DNA of 64,000 nt from Polaribacter sp. (GCA_042091415.1 JBELHK010000001.1:4599-68598), one strand, 5' to 3'; counted from the first letter of the stretch, positions 29,727 through 40,057 are shown. A program made the numbers and translations. Notes: generated by a model from the letters alone, not told the origin.

Positions 29727-30087
29727 AATATTGCTTTGTGGTTAACATTACCAATGTGCAAGCAATTTCAGATCTAATATTATTATCTTCTAACAATTTT
29801 ATAAATTCTATATTTTCTGTTCCAGGATTGAAAATTACTCTTCTAGGCTTTAATTTTATTATATAATTATAATACGATTTTTGATTTTTTGGGTTTAGAT
29901 AAAGTGTAACCGTGTCTATATTCTCAAAATGTAGTAATTCATCTTTAATAGAAACATCTAGAACCTTTCCTTCTCTTAATCCGATTGCTTTAACACTAAA
30001 TTCTTTATCCCTCAACATTCGAATTGCTTTGTTAGAATATCTTTGCGGGTTATTTGAAGCACCTACTACTAATGTTATATTTTTCAT
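29725..30087 (-). CDS. CoA-binding protein (YccU-like)
   Basis: VVGASNNPQRYS, DTVTLY, RVIFNPG, ACTLVML. Start at ATG 30087. Confidence 0.88.
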   Translation of the reverse strand: MKNITLVVGASNNPQRYSNKAIRMLRDKEFSVKAIGLREGKVLDVSIKDELLHFENIDTVTLYLNPKNQKSYYNYIIKLKPRRVIFNPGTENIEFIKLLEDNNIRSEIACTLVMLTTKQY

Positions 30088-30195
30088 TATTTTAAAGATA
30101 ATATCACTCTTATTTTTGCAAAAAAAATCCTTCAAATTATATAATCTAAAGGATGTTATTTTTATTTCCGTAAAAATTATTTGAATTCGATAATG

Positions 30196-31203
30196 TTACC
30201 AACGAATAATAACACTTCCCCAAGTAAATCCACTACCAAAAGCTGCTAACACAACTAAATCATCATCCTTAATTTTTCCTTGCTCCCATGCTTCAGTTAA
30301 GGCGATAATAACAGATGCAGCTGTTGTATTACCATATTTCATTATGTTATTGTATACTTTATCATCTGTTAATTGAAACTTCTTTTGAATAAATTGAGCA
30401 ATTCGTAAGTTCGCTTGATGCGGAATTAACATATCTATATCTTCTTTCTGCAACTTATTTGCGTTCAATCCTTCAATAATTGCTTCAGAAAAACGTACAA
30501 CAGCATGTTTAAAAACAAATTGCCCGTTCATATATGGATAATACGAAACATCATCAGGGTCATTATCTTCCATAATTGCATCAACCCATCTTCCTGTAGA
30601 AGGGCCATCTAACATCAACTCTCTTGCATGTTTTCCTTCAGAATGTAAATGTGATGATAAAATACCTTTACCTTTCTCCTCACTTCTCGATAAAACTGCT
30701 GCTCCTGCACCATCACCAAAAATAACAGTAACACCTCTTCCTCTTGTAGATTTCTCTAAACCTCCAGAATGATTTTCAGACCCAATTACTAAAATATTTT
30801 TATACATTCCTGTCTTTATAAATTGATCTGCAACAGACATAGAATATATAAAACCTGAACACTGATTTCTTACATCTAAAGCACCAATAGTTGGCATGTC
30901 TAACATATCTTGAACGCGAACTCCTCCTCCAGGAAAGTACATATCAGGACTTAATGTAGCAAAAACTATAAAATCTATATCATCTTTTGTTAAACCAGCT
31001 CTTTCTATTGCAATTTTAGCAGCTTTAGCTCCCATAGAAGAAGTGGTATCGTCTGTTTTTGGATCAATCCATCTTCTCTCTTTAATTCCCGTTCTTTCTT
31101 GTATCCATTCATCAGATGTATCCATAAAAGCCCTCAAATCGTCATTAGTAACAACATTATCAGGAACGTAATATCCTAAACCAGTAATTTTTGAATTATA
31201 CAT
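30196..31203 (-). CDS. fabH: 3-oxoacyl-ACP synthase III family protein
   Basis: DTSDEWIQERTGI, catalytic triad QCSGF / PHQAN / YGNT, FGDGAGA, AFGSGFTWG. Confidence 0.92.
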   Translation of the reverse strand: MYNSKITGLGYYVPDNVVTNDDLRAFMDTSDEWIQERTGIKERRWIDPKTDDTTSSMGAKAAKIAIERAGLTKDDIDFIVFATLSPDMYFPGGGVRVQDMLDMPTIGALDVRNQCSGFIYSMSVADQFIKTGMYKNILVIGSENHSGGLEKSTRGRGVTVIFGDGAGAAVLSRSEEKGKGILSSHLHSEGKHARELMLDGPSTGRWVDAIMEDNDPDDVSYYPYMNGQFVFKHAVVRFSEAIIEGLNANKLQKEDIDMLIPHQANLRIAQFIQKKFQLTDDKVYNNIMKYGNTTAASVIIALTEAWEQGKIKDDDLVVLAAFGSGFTWGSVIIRW

Positions 31204-31520
31204 ATTTATTAGTTCTAAAATTTAGTTATTTGTTATTTGTAACTAACAAAAATAGTGATAAATTAACACCTTTACAAAACCTGTTTAAAAATCAGTTCTA
31301 TAGACTTACATAAAATTAAGGATAGATTTTTTTTCTCTAACTTAAAAAAGGTTCCTTATATGTTATAATTATTAAATATTTACAATAAATACATATAATA
31401 CCTATTGAAAAAACTAAAGGTTTAGCATTTAAAAATAGTGCATTTTAAGATTGATGATTTAAAAACTTTAATTTTTCTGCCTAGAAAATAAAAGAAAACT
31501 TAAAAGATCTACTAAACCCT

Positions 31521-31562
31521 CTGTCATCTTGTCATAAATATTGGTTTGGTATTTTTTTTGAC
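31521..31562 (+). promoter_or_regulatory. Putative heat-shock promoter: TGTCA direct repeat plus sigma54-like -24/-12 element
   Basis: CTGTCA-TCT-TGTCA (31521-31534), then TGGTAT-N5-TTGA with GG at 31548-31549 and GA at 31560-31561 (12-nt sigma54 spacing). Confidence 0.5.
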
Positions 31563-31604
31563 AATAGCTAACACAGAATATAATATCAAATAAAACATAT
31601 AATT

Positions 31605-33515
31605 ATGAGTAAAGGAAACATTAATGTATCAGTAGAAAATATTTTTCCTCTGATTAAAAAATTCTTGTATTCTGATCACGAAATCTTTTTGCGTGAGCTA
31701 ATTTCTAACGGTACAGACGCAACTACAAAACTGAAACACTTAATTTCTATTGGTGAAGCTAAAACCGAATTAGGTGATGCGAAAATTGAAATCAGCATAG
31801 ATAAAGATGCTAAAACTCTATCTATAAAAGATAATGGTTTAGGTATGACTGCTGATGAAGTTGAAAAATACATCAACCAAATTGCATTTTCTGGAGCTGA
31901 AGAATTTTTAGACAAATACAAAGATGATAAAAACGAAACTGGTGTTATTGGACACTTTGGTTTAGGTTTTTACTCTGCCTTTATGGTGGCTGATAAAGTA
32001 GAAATTATTACAAAATCTTTTAAAGATGCACCTGCTGCACATTGGACTTGTGATGGTTCTCCTGAATATACTTTAGTTGAAAATGATAAAACCGAAAGAG
32101 GAACTGAAATTATTTTACATATAGCTGAAGATTCAACTGAATTTTTAGAAGAAGGTAAAATTAGAGGTCTTTTAACTAAATACAATCGTTTTAATCAAGT
32201 GCCAATTAAATTTGGTACTAAAAAAGTAAACGACCCTACTCACGAACCGAAAACTACAAAAGATGCTGAAGGTAAAGAAACTACTGAACCTCACAGGCAA
32301 ATTGAGGTAGATGATATCATCAACAATACAAACCCTGCTTGGACAAAAAAACCAGCAGATTTAAAAGCTGAAGATTACTCGAATTTTTACAGAGAATTGT
32401 ATCCAATGCAATTCGAAGAGTCTTTATTTCATATTCATTTAAATGTAGATTATCCTTTTAATTTAACAGGTATTTTATTCTTTCCTAAGTTATCTCAAAA
32501 CTTAGACATGCAAAAGGATAAAATACAATTGTACCAAAACCAAGTTTTTGTAACTGATAATGTTGAAGGAATTGTACCAGACTTTTTACAGATGTTAAAA
32601 GGAGTTATAGATTCTCCAGATATTCCATTAAATGTATCGCGTTCTTATTTACAAGCAGACGGAGCTGTTAAAAAGATTTCTGGTTACATCACTAAAAAAG
32701 TTGGTGATAAATTAGCATCATTATTCAAAAAAGATCGTGAAGATTTTGAGAAAAAATGGAACGATATTAAAGTAATTATTGAGTATGGAATGTTATCTGA
32801 AGATAAATTCTTTGACAAAGCTAAGAAATTTGCTTTATACCCAACAGTTGCAGATACGTATTTTACATTTGATGAGTTAGTTGAAAAAACAAAAGATACT
32901 CAAACTGACAAAGATGGAAACCATGTAATTTTATATGCTGCTAACAAAGAAGCACAACACAGTTACATTCAAGATGCCACAGCAAAAGGTTATGAAGTTC
33001 TAATTTTAGATTCACCAATTATTTCACATTTAATGCAGAAGTTAGAAACTTCTGGAGATGGAAAAATTAAATTTTCTAGAGTTGATGCAGATCATATAGA
33101 TAATTTAATTAAGAAAGATGACAATGTTATTTCTAAATTATCTGATGAAGAAAAAGAAAAACTAAAGCCCGTTATAGAAGGTGCTGTGAATAATTCATCT
33201 TATACTGTTCAATTAGAAGCTATGGATTCTGCCTCTTCACCATTTATTATTACTGTACCAGAATTTATGCGTAGAATGAAAGAAATGCAAGCTTCTGGAG
33301 GTGGTGGAATGATGGGAATGGGTAATATGCCAGACATGTACAATTTAGTTGTAAACACAAACAGCCCATTAGTTTCTGAAATTTTAGCTGCTGAAGAAGA
33401 AAAGCAAAAAGGATTAATTTCTCAAGCTTTCGATTTAGCCAAACTATCTCAAAATCTTTTACATGGCGAAGATTTAACAAACTTTATAAAACGTAGTTAC
33501 GATTTAATTAAATAG
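31605..33515 (+). CDS. htpG: Molecular chaperone HtpG (Hsp90)
   Basis: LYSDHEIFLRELISN, DNGLGMT, IGHFGLGFYSAF, DIPLNVSRSYLQ. Confidence 0.97.
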   Translation: MSKGNINVSVENIFPLIKKFLYSDHEIFLRELISNGTDATTKLKHLISIGEAKTELGDAKIEISIDKDAKTLSIKDNGLGMTADEVEKYINQIAFSGAEEFLDKYKDDKNETGVIGHFGLGFYSAFMVADKVEIITKSFKDAPAAHWTCDGSPEYTLVENDKTERGTEIILHIAEDSTEFLEEGKIRGLLTKYNRFNQVPIKFGTKKVNDPTHEPKTTKDAEGKETTEPHRQIEVDDIINNTNPAWTKKPADLKAEDYSNFYRELYPMQFEESLFHIHLNVDYPFNLTGILFFPKLSQNLDMQKDKIQLYQNQVFVTDNVEGIVPDFLQMLKGVIDSPDIPLNVSRSYLQADGAVKKISGYITKKVGDKLASLFKKDREDFEKKWNDIKVIIEYGMLSEDKFFDKAKKFALYPTVADTYFTFDELVEKTKDTQTDKDGNHVILYAANKEAQHSYIQDATAKGYEVLILDSPIISHLMQKLETSGDGKIKFSRVDADHIDNLIKKDDNVISKLSDEEKEKLKPVIEGAVNNSSYTVQLEAMDSASSPFIITVPEFMRRMKEMQASGGGGMMGMGNMPDMYNLVVNTNSPLVSEILAAEEEKQKGLISQAFDLAKLSQNLLHGEDLTNFIKRSYDLIK

Positions 33516-33536
33516 TTTCTACTTTTAATAATTCAC

Positions 33537-33569
33537 AAAACCTCTTTGCAAAAACAAAGAGGTTTTTTT
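33537..33569 (+). terminator. Intrinsic terminator of htpG
   Basis: AAAACCTCTTTG-CAAAAA-CAAAGAGGTTTT plus T-tail. Confidence 0.88.
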
Positions 33570-33631
33570 ATGTCATTCCTATATATTTAGAAAATGAAAT
33601 TTCAGTAAATTTATTGCCCGAAATTTATTGA

Positions 33632-34147
33632 ATGAATGAGATTGTAAAAGCGAATTTAAAAGACGCGAAAATATTATCTAAACTAAGTATAGAAAGCTTC
33701 TTGCCAGCGCATGGTCACTCCGCACCTAAAAAGGAGATTGATGAATATGTTTCAAAAAATTTTACTGAAGAAAATTATAAAAAAGAGTTATCAAATCTTT
33801 TAAATAATTACTACTTATATTTTACAAAAAATAAAATTTCAGGATATTCTAAAGTAGTTTTTAATGATACATGTCCAGATATTAGCTCCCGAAATATTTC
33901 GTATTTAAGTAGAATTTACTTTTTAGAGGAATTTTATGGTAAAGGATTCGCTAAAGAACTTTTAGAGTTTAATTGTAAACTCTGTAAAGAAAATAATCAA
34001 AAAGGTATTTGGTTAAAAGTTTGGATCGAAAATAAAAGAGCAATACAATTTTATAAAAAAATGGGATTCAGAATTGTAGGTGAAAGCGGATTTAAAGTAA
34101 CCGAAAATCATAGCAACCCTAATTATCATATGTACTTAGAATTTTAA
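33632..34147 (+). CDS. GNAT-family N-acetyltransferase (PaiA-like)
   Basis: LSRIY...FYGKGFA acetyl-CoA motif, IWLKVWIENKRAIQFYKKMGF. Confidence 0.88.
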   Translation: MNEIVKANLKDAKILSKLSIESFLPAHGHSAPKKEIDEYVSKNFTEENYKKELSNLLNNYYLYFTKNKISGYSKVVFNDTCPDISSRNISYLSRIYFLEEFYGKGFAKELLEFNCKLCKENNQKGIWLKVWIENKRAIQFYKKMGFRIVGESGFKVTENHSNPNYHMYLEF

Positions 34148-34174
34148 AACTTACCTATAAATTTTAAAAAAATA

Positions 34175-34255
34175 TTGAAATTATTATTAAAATCTGATGC
34201 AATTTATCCCGCAATGATTTTCTTAATGGCGTGTAGGTTTGTCCGTTGGCTTTAA
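34175..34255 (+). CDS. Candidate 26-aa leader peptide MKLLLKSDAIYPAMIFLMACRFVRWL
   Basis: Own translation, below the ORF-track cutoff. TTG start after an A-rich tract; 3' half visibly GC-richer than the flanking intergenic DNA; terminator downstream. Confidence 0.45.
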   Translation: MKLLLKSDAIYPAMIFLMACRFVRWL

Positions 34256-34304
34256 GATAACTAGAAAATTAGATGAGGAATAATAATTTTTGAAAGTTAA
34301 AACG

Positions 34305-34336
34305 AACCAGTTTATTAAAAATAAAGTGGTTTTTTT
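34305..34336 (+). terminator. Intrinsic terminator / possible attenuator
   Basis: AACCAGTTTATT-AAA-AATAAAGTGGTT (one mismatch) followed by a T-run. Confidence 0.6.
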
Positions 34337-34374
34337 GTTTTCTAAAAGTTAGTATCTTTAAACAAAGTTTTTAA

Positions 34375-35697
34375 ATGAGCAATAATTACAAAGACAGTAA
34401 TTTTAAAGATTTATTAGATAAACTTCAACAAGAAAGTTGGCAGCTGGAACTACTTATTTCTGGTTTTGCTATTTTTGGACTAATAACTGCTTTACCTCAT
34501 ATTAGAACGGCCAAGGATATTGCTGAGAATAATGAAGTGCTTATTTACTCAATACCCCTATTCATTGCATTTACTGCTTGTTCCATACTAATTTTCAATT
34601 TATTAATTCACGTAATATTAAGAGGATTGTGGATCGGTGCGTTGGGTTTACGATATGTTTCTGGTGATATTGATTTTGAGAAATTAAATTACCAAAATAA
34701 ATTTACCAACTACTTAAAGAAAAAAATTATTTCTTTCGACAAATACATAGCAACTTTAGAAAACTATTGTAGTGTACTATTTGCAATTTCATTTTTACTG
34801 ATTTTCTATGTGATTTCAATTACACTCATTGTACTTTTAATTGCGGGAGTTATCGAATTTATTATTATAAATAATAATTTACCTGAGACGTTAAGAATGA
34901 TTATTGGGATTATTCTTATGCTATTTATTTTCACCGGAAGCCTACTTGTATGCATCGACTTTATAACTCAAGGATATTTAAAAAAGAAAAAAACACTATC
35001 TAAAATATATTTTCCTTTTTATTGGATTTTTAGCTATATCACCTTAAGCTTTCTATACAGACCTTTGGTATATAATTTTTTAGACCATAAATTTACCAGA
35101 AGGTTAAGCTTTTTTTTAGTTCCCTCTTATATTGCTATTTCAATCTTAGTATCATTTAAAAACAATAAATCAAATTATTTAGCCTCGCCAATAAATGTTT
35201 CAAACACATATATAAACCCAAGAAAATACGAGAATTTATTAATTGAAGAGGATGATTTTGCAGAAATAGCAACAATACAATCTAAAGTAATTAGAGCGCC
35301 TTATATAAAACTGTTCAGGATTTTCACCCAAAGTGTAGAAAATAGAATCTTCAATTATCACCCTAGCTTAAAACCCAAAAATGACAAAAGAGGTTTTAGA
35401 ACTGATATTGCAATATTTAGCTCTACTGAGTATTTTAAAAATAGAGATAGTCTAACAAGAAAGTATTTAGAGGTTTTTAATAATACACATCAAGTTTACA
35501 TAGATTCAGTAAAATTTGATAGTGACTTTTTAATTTCCAAAGACAAAAGAAAACAATATGGCTTTGAAACTTATATCAACATAAAAAAACTTACTGAAGG
35601 AAAACACGTATTAAAATTAAAAAGATTATCAAAAAGAAAAAAAGATACTATTACATCCACTGATATTAGCATCCCTTTTTGGTATTTTAAAAACTAA
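34375..35697 (+). CDS. Conserved hypothetical membrane protein
   Basis: LQQESWQLELLISG N-terminal motif, about 6 TM segments, soluble C-terminal domain. Confidence 0.75.
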   Translation: MSNNYKDSNFKDLLDKLQQESWQLELLISGFAIFGLITALPHIRTAKDIAENNEVLIYSIPLFIAFTACSILIFNLLIHVILRGLWIGALGLRYVSGDIDFEKLNYQNKFTNYLKKKIISFDKYIATLENYCSVLFAISFLLIFYVISITLIVLLIAGVIEFIIINNNLPETLRMIIGIILMLFIFTGSLLVCIDFITQGYLKKKKTLSKIYFPFYWIFSYITLSFLYRPLVYNFLDHKFTRRLSFFLVPSYIAISILVSFKNNKSNYLASPINVSNTYINPRKYENLLIEEDDFAEIATIQSKVIRAPYIKLFRIFTQSVENRIFNYHPSLKPKNDKRGFRTDIAIFSSTEYFKNRDSLTRKYLEVFNNTHQVYIDSVKFDSDFLISKDKRKQYGFETYINIKKLTEGKHVLKLKRLSKRKKDTITSTDISIPFWYFKN

Positions 35698-35701
35698 ATA
35701 A

Positions 35702-37027
35702 ATGAAAAAAACAACGTTATTATTCTTATTTTTTACCTCAATTTTTCTTGCCCAAACAGACCAAAAAATATATAATATTATTGATGCTGTTTCTGCGGAT
35801 AGAATTAAAGAGGATGTAAAAAAATTAACCGAATTTGGAACTAGAAATACATTTTCTGATACTATTTCTGAGACTCGAGGAATTGGTGCTGCAAGAAGGT
35901 GGATAAAATCAGAATTTGAAAATATTTCTAATAAATGTAATAATTGTCTCAATGTTTTTTATCAAAAAGACTTTGTAACAAAAGAAGGTAATAGAAGGGT
36001 ACCTCATGATGCTTGGATTGTAAATGTTGTAGCCATACAAAAAGGCACAAAATATCCAAACAAATATGTAATTATGAGTGGTGATATAGATTCTAGAGCA
36101 AGTGATACTATGGATTTTAAAACAGATGCTCCTGGTGCTAACGACAACGCTTCTGGAATGGCTGGAACTATTGAAGCTGCAAGAGTTCTTAGTAAATACA
36201 AATTTGAAAGTAGTATTATTTATGTTGGACTTTCTGGTGAAGAACAAGGTCTTTTTGGAGGAGCTGGATTAGCAAAATATGCAAAAGAAAAAGAATGGAA
36301 TATTATTGGTGTTTTAAACAATGATATGATTGGAAATATAAAAGGTGTTGATGGAGTTATAGACAATAGAACTTTCAGAATTTTTTCGGAACCCGTTCCT
36401 CCAACTGAAACAGAACGTGAACGAAGAGCAAGAAGATTTTATGGTGGTGAAGTTGATGGTGTTTCTCGCCAATTAGCAAGATATGTTTATAAAACAACGA
36501 AAGTATATATGCCAGAAATGAATCCTATGATGATATATAGACTAGATAGATTTGGAAGAGGTGGACATCACAGGCCATTTAATGATTTAGGCTTTGCGGG
36601 TATAAGAATTATGGAAGCACATGAAAATTATACACAACAGCATCAAGATATTAGAACTGAAAATGGTATTGCGTATGGTGATACTTTTGAGCATGTAAAC
36701 TTTCCGTATGCAAAAAAATTAACTGCTGTAAACGCTATTAACTTGGCAAGTTTAGCATGGGCGCCAGAAGCACCAAAAGAAGTTGCAATTGGTGGAATTG
36801 TAGAGGCTTCTGCAAAATTAAAATGGAGTAAAGTAAATGGTGCTAAAGGATACAAAATATATTGGAGAGAAACTACATCTCCTACTTGGGATAACAGTAG
36901 ATTTGTTACAGAAAACGAATTCACATTAGAAGGTATTGTTATCGATAATTACTTATTTGGTGTGGCTGCTGTTGGAAAAAACAATCACGAAAGTCCTGTT
37001 GTTTTTCCAAATAAAATTTTAAGATAA
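35702..37027 (+). CDS. M28-family metallopeptidase, secreted, with C-terminal FN3-like domain
   Basis: Signal peptide; PGANDNASG, SGEEQGL, NNDMIG, GHH.PF, YTQQHQ; C-terminal W...GYKIYW...Y.FGVAAV. Confidence 0.88.
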   Translation: MKKTTLLFLFFTSIFLAQTDQKIYNIIDAVSADRIKEDVKKLTEFGTRNTFSDTISETRGIGAARRWIKSEFENISNKCNNCLNVFYQKDFVTKEGNRRVPHDAWIVNVVAIQKGTKYPNKYVIMSGDIDSRASDTMDFKTDAPGANDNASGMAGTIEAARVLSKYKFESSIIYVGLSGEEQGLFGGAGLAKYAKEKEWNIIGVLNNDMIGNIKGVDGVIDNRTFRIFSEPVPPTETERERRARRFYGGEVDGVSRQLARYVYKTTKVYMPEMNPMMIYRLDRFGRGGHHRPFNDLGFAGIRIMEAHENYTQQHQDIRTENGIAYGDTFEHVNFPYAKKLTAVNAINLASLAWAPEAPKEVAIGGIVEASAKLKWSKVNGAKGYKIYWRETTSPTWDNSRFVTENEFTLEGIVIDNYLFGVAAVGKNNHESPVVFPNKILR

Positions 37028-37108
37028 AATTCTTCAAAACACAAAATATTTCAAAAAAAGTTGAGTTTTACTTTTTAATAAACTAGTAATATTCTTGTTT
37101 AAAAAAAT

Positions 37109-37144
37109 TTATTTTTAATTAATCTAAATAAATTATTACTTTTG
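37109..37144 (+). promoter_or_regulatory. Putative Fur-type box overlapping the promoter of the four-gene operon
   Basis: TTATTTTTAATTAATCTAAATAA (37109-37131) lies over the -33 region, followed by the -7 element TACTTTTG (37137-37144). Confidence 0.6.
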
Positions 37145-37176
37145 CAAAATATTTTAAAATTTAAAAAACTCAAGTA

Positions 37177-38079
37177 ATGAAAAATATATTTTCTCTATTT
37201 CTATTAAGCTTTATTGCGATCTCATTAAACGCTCAAAATAAAAAAACTAAAGATAGAAATGCTATTAAAAGCATGTGTGGTTGCTTTGAAGTAACATTCA
37301 ACTTTGCTGAAACCTTTAATTACAGCGAAGATGAGGATTATAAACCATCAAAAAATAAAATAAGTAGAGGTTTAGAATGGGCTCAATTGGTTACTGATGA
37401 AAACAACGAAATCTCTATCCAACATTTACTACAAGTTGGAGACCCGAATAATCCAATGATTGTAAAACATTGGAGACAAGACTGGGTTTATGAAAACACT
37501 GATTTTTATATGTTTAATGGAGATAATAATTGGACTTTTCAAAAGAAGAACGGTAAAGAAGTAAAAAAGCAATGGACACAAAAAGTGTATCAAGTTGATG
37601 ATAGCCCAAGATACGAAGGCTCTGGAACTTGGGTGCACGTTGATGGAAAAAGCTTTTGGGAAAACACAACCACTGCCCCATTACCAAGAAGAGAATACAC
37701 GAAAAGAAATGACTATAATATTACTATGAGAAGTAATAGACACGAAATAACAGATTTCGGTTGGGTTCATGATCAAGACAATAATAAAGTAATAAGAAAA
37801 GCAGGCGAAAAAGACTTTATTCTTGCTAAAGAAAAAGGTTATAACGTTTATAAAAAAGTTGATGATAGCAAATGTAAAGGAGCTAGCGATTGGTGGATTG
37901 CAAATAATAAAAAATGGGAAATGGTTCGCAAAAAATGGAACTCAATTTATTCAAGAAACAAAGACTTAACTCTAGCATCTAAAGTAGATAACAAACCACT
38001 TTATAAACATTTATTTTCTGAGAAACTTACTAAAGAAGAAGATATGAATGCTGTTATAGAATCATTTGTAAAAAAGTAA
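37177..38079 (+). CDS. Secreted DUF6607-like protein
   Basis: Signal peptide (..LNA|Q); motifs MCGCFEV.F.FAET, IVKHWRQDW, QVDDSPRY, PLPRRE, W.HDQDN.K that I recognise as DUF6607. Confidence 0.75.
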   Translation: MKNIFSLFLLSFIAISLNAQNKKTKDRNAIKSMCGCFEVTFNFAETFNYSEDEDYKPSKNKISRGLEWAQLVTDENNEISIQHLLQVGDPNNPMIVKHWRQDWVYENTDFYMFNGDNNWTFQKKNGKEVKKQWTQKVYQVDDSPRYEGSGTWVHVDGKSFWENTTTAPLPRREYTKRNDYNITMRSNRHEITDFGWVHDQDNNKVIRKAGEKDFILAKEKGYNVYKKVDDSKCKGASDWWIANNKKWEMVRKKWNSIYSRNKDLTLASKVDNKPLYKHLFSEKLTKEEDMNAVIESFVKK

Positions 38080-38080
38080 A

Positions 38081-39556
38081 ATGATGAAAAAATATATTTT
38101 ACTATTTATAATTGGGTTAAGCATAAATTGTAATGCGCAGAACTCAAATGTTTTTCTTAATCGAAATTTTTGGAAAACAAATCCTGATATCAAAACTATT
38201 GATAAAAAGATTTCTGAAGGAAATGATATCAGTGCGTCAAGTAAAAATGCTTTTGATGGAGTTACTTATGCTATTCTAGGAGGAGTTGATAATAAAACAA
38301 TTAAATACTTACTTAGTAAGCAAGGAAATGGAGTTAATAAATTAACTCATGATGGTAGGACTTACATTTTTTGGGCGGCTAATAAAAATAACTTAGAAAT
38401 AATGAAATACTTAGTTTCTAAGGGTGCAAAAACAGATATTACCGATAGTCATGGATATTCTTTATTAAATTTTGCTGCAACAACAGGGCAAAAAAATAAA
38501 GATATATACGATTTTATATTTAGCAAAAATGCAGATATTAAAAATGAAAAAAATCATAATGGAGCTAATGCTTTACTATTGATTGCTCCTCACTTAAATG
38601 ATTTTTCTTTAGCAGAATATCTAATATCTAAAGGTGCTAGCATCAATGATAAAGATAACGAAGGAAACGGACTCTTCGAATATGCAGCAAAAGGAGGAAA
38701 TATTGAATTTTTAAAAACACTTTTAAAAGTTGGTGTTAACAAAGGAGAAAATACAATGATTTTTGCTAGCCAAGGACTGAGAAGAAAGAAAAATTCATTA
38801 AAAACTTATAAGTTCTTAGAAAGCGTAGGAGTTAATCCAAATTCAATTGATAAAAAAGGAAGAAATCCTTTACATTCAATTTCTTATAATAATAAGGATA
38901 AAAAAATATATGAATATTTTATCAATAAAGGAGTTAATGTAAATCAGCAAGATAACAGTGGAAATACACCCTTTATGAATGCAGCTTCAAGAAATAAATT
39001 AGAAATCGTAACATATCTATCTAATTATACAAACGACATAAATCTAAAAGATAAAAAGGGATCAACAGCACTAAATAAAGCTGTTAGTAGAAATAATGTT
39101 GAAGTAATTGCATATTTACTTAATAAAGGTGCAGATATAAATACTATTGATAACGAAGGGAATTCAATAGCATTTTATTTGATAGATAGTTACAGAGAAA
39201 GAAACTCAAAAGATTTCGACAAAAAACTTCAACTACTTATATCAAATGGCATAGAATTGAATAAGAATCAACATAATAACAATTCTCTGATTCATGTAGC
39301 TACAAAAAACAACAGTATTTCTTTATTAAAAAAACTTGAGCCTTTTAATATAGATGTTAATATCAAAAACTCAAATAATTTAACGGCTTTACAAATTGCA
39401 GCTATGAAAGGTAAAGATGATGAAATTATCAAATATCTTTTAAAAATTGGTGCAAATAAAGATGTAACAACTGAATTTGGTGAAAGTATTTATGATTTAG
39501 CTTTAGAAAATGAGTTATTACAAAAGCAAAACGTAAATATTTCATTTTTAAAATAA
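38081..39556 (+). CDS. Secreted ankyrin-repeat protein
   Basis: Signal peptide; about 10 ankyrin units (GRTYIFWAA, GYSLLNFAA, GNTPFMNAA, GSTALNKAV, NLTALQIAA, GADIN). Confidence 0.9.
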   Translation: MMKKYILLFIIGLSINCNAQNSNVFLNRNFWKTNPDIKTIDKKISEGNDISASSKNAFDGVTYAILGGVDNKTIKYLLSKQGNGVNKLTHDGRTYIFWAANKNNLEIMKYLVSKGAKTDITDSHGYSLLNFAATTGQKNKDIYDFIFSKNADIKNEKNHNGANALLLIAPHLNDFSLAEYLISKGASINDKDNEGNGLFEYAAKGGNIEFLKTLLKVGVNKGENTMIFASQGLRRKKNSLKTYKFLESVGVNPNSIDKKGRNPLHSISYNNKDKKIYEYFINKGVNVNQQDNSGNTPFMNAASRNKLEIVTYLSNYTNDINLKDKKGSTALNKAVSRNNVEVIAYLLNKGADINTIDNEGNSIAFYLIDSYRERNSKDFDKKLQLLISNGIELNKNQHNNNSLIHVATKNNSISLLKKLEPFNIDVNIKNSNNLTALQIAAMKGKDDEIIKYLLKIGANKDVTTEFGESIYDLALENELLQKQNVNISFLK

Positions 39557-39561
39557 CAAGT

Positions 39562-40047
39562 ATGAGAAAAATTAAAATATTTATATCGATTATAGTTTTA
39601 ATGTTGGTGGTTTTTGGATTTCGTAGTAATTCAAATGTATCTCCCTACAAATGTATGATTCAAATGAAAAATTATACAGGAGAAGGTGCTTACGTTGTAA
39701 TATCACTAATAAATCCAAATGATGAATATGAAGAAACTTTATATGTTCAAGGTGATGACGACGAATGGTATTTTGACATAACTGAGTGGTGGAACTTTTA
39801 CGGTAAAAAAAGAACTAATATAGATGCAATTACAGGCGCTACAATAAGTGGTGGTGAAAGAACTGTAAGTGTAATAAAACTTGATGAAACTAAACTAGAC
39901 AAAGGGTATAAAATACGTTTTGAAACAGCTGTTGAAGATCAAGAATATTATAAAGAAGATGTTGAATTTGAACTAACTTCAGAGAATGTAAAATCTAAAA
40001 TTGAAGGAAAAGGTTTTATACGATACATTAGAATGATGCCGCAATAA
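39562..40047 (+). CDS. DUF2271 domain protein, predicted FMN-flavinylated
   Basis: Signal peptide; DAITGAT matches the Dxx[ST]GAT ApbE flavinylation motif; GYKIRFETAVE typical of DUF2271. Confidence 0.82.
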   Translation: MRKIKIFISIIVLMLVVFGFRSNSNVSPYKCMIQMKNYTGEGAYVVISLINPNDEYEETLYVQGDDDEWYFDITEWWNFYGKKRTNIDAITGATISGGERTVSVIKLDETKLDKGYKIRFETAVEDQEYYKEDVEFELTSENVKSKIEGKGFIRYIRMMPQ

Positions 40048-40057
40048 AAAAATAAAA

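Noticed and set aside
38081-39556. Ankyrin protein as a host-directed effector or anti-phage protein
   Set aside because: It has a Sec signal, no T9SS CTD, and is tightly embedded in the redox operon, so a periplasmic accessory role is more parsimonious.
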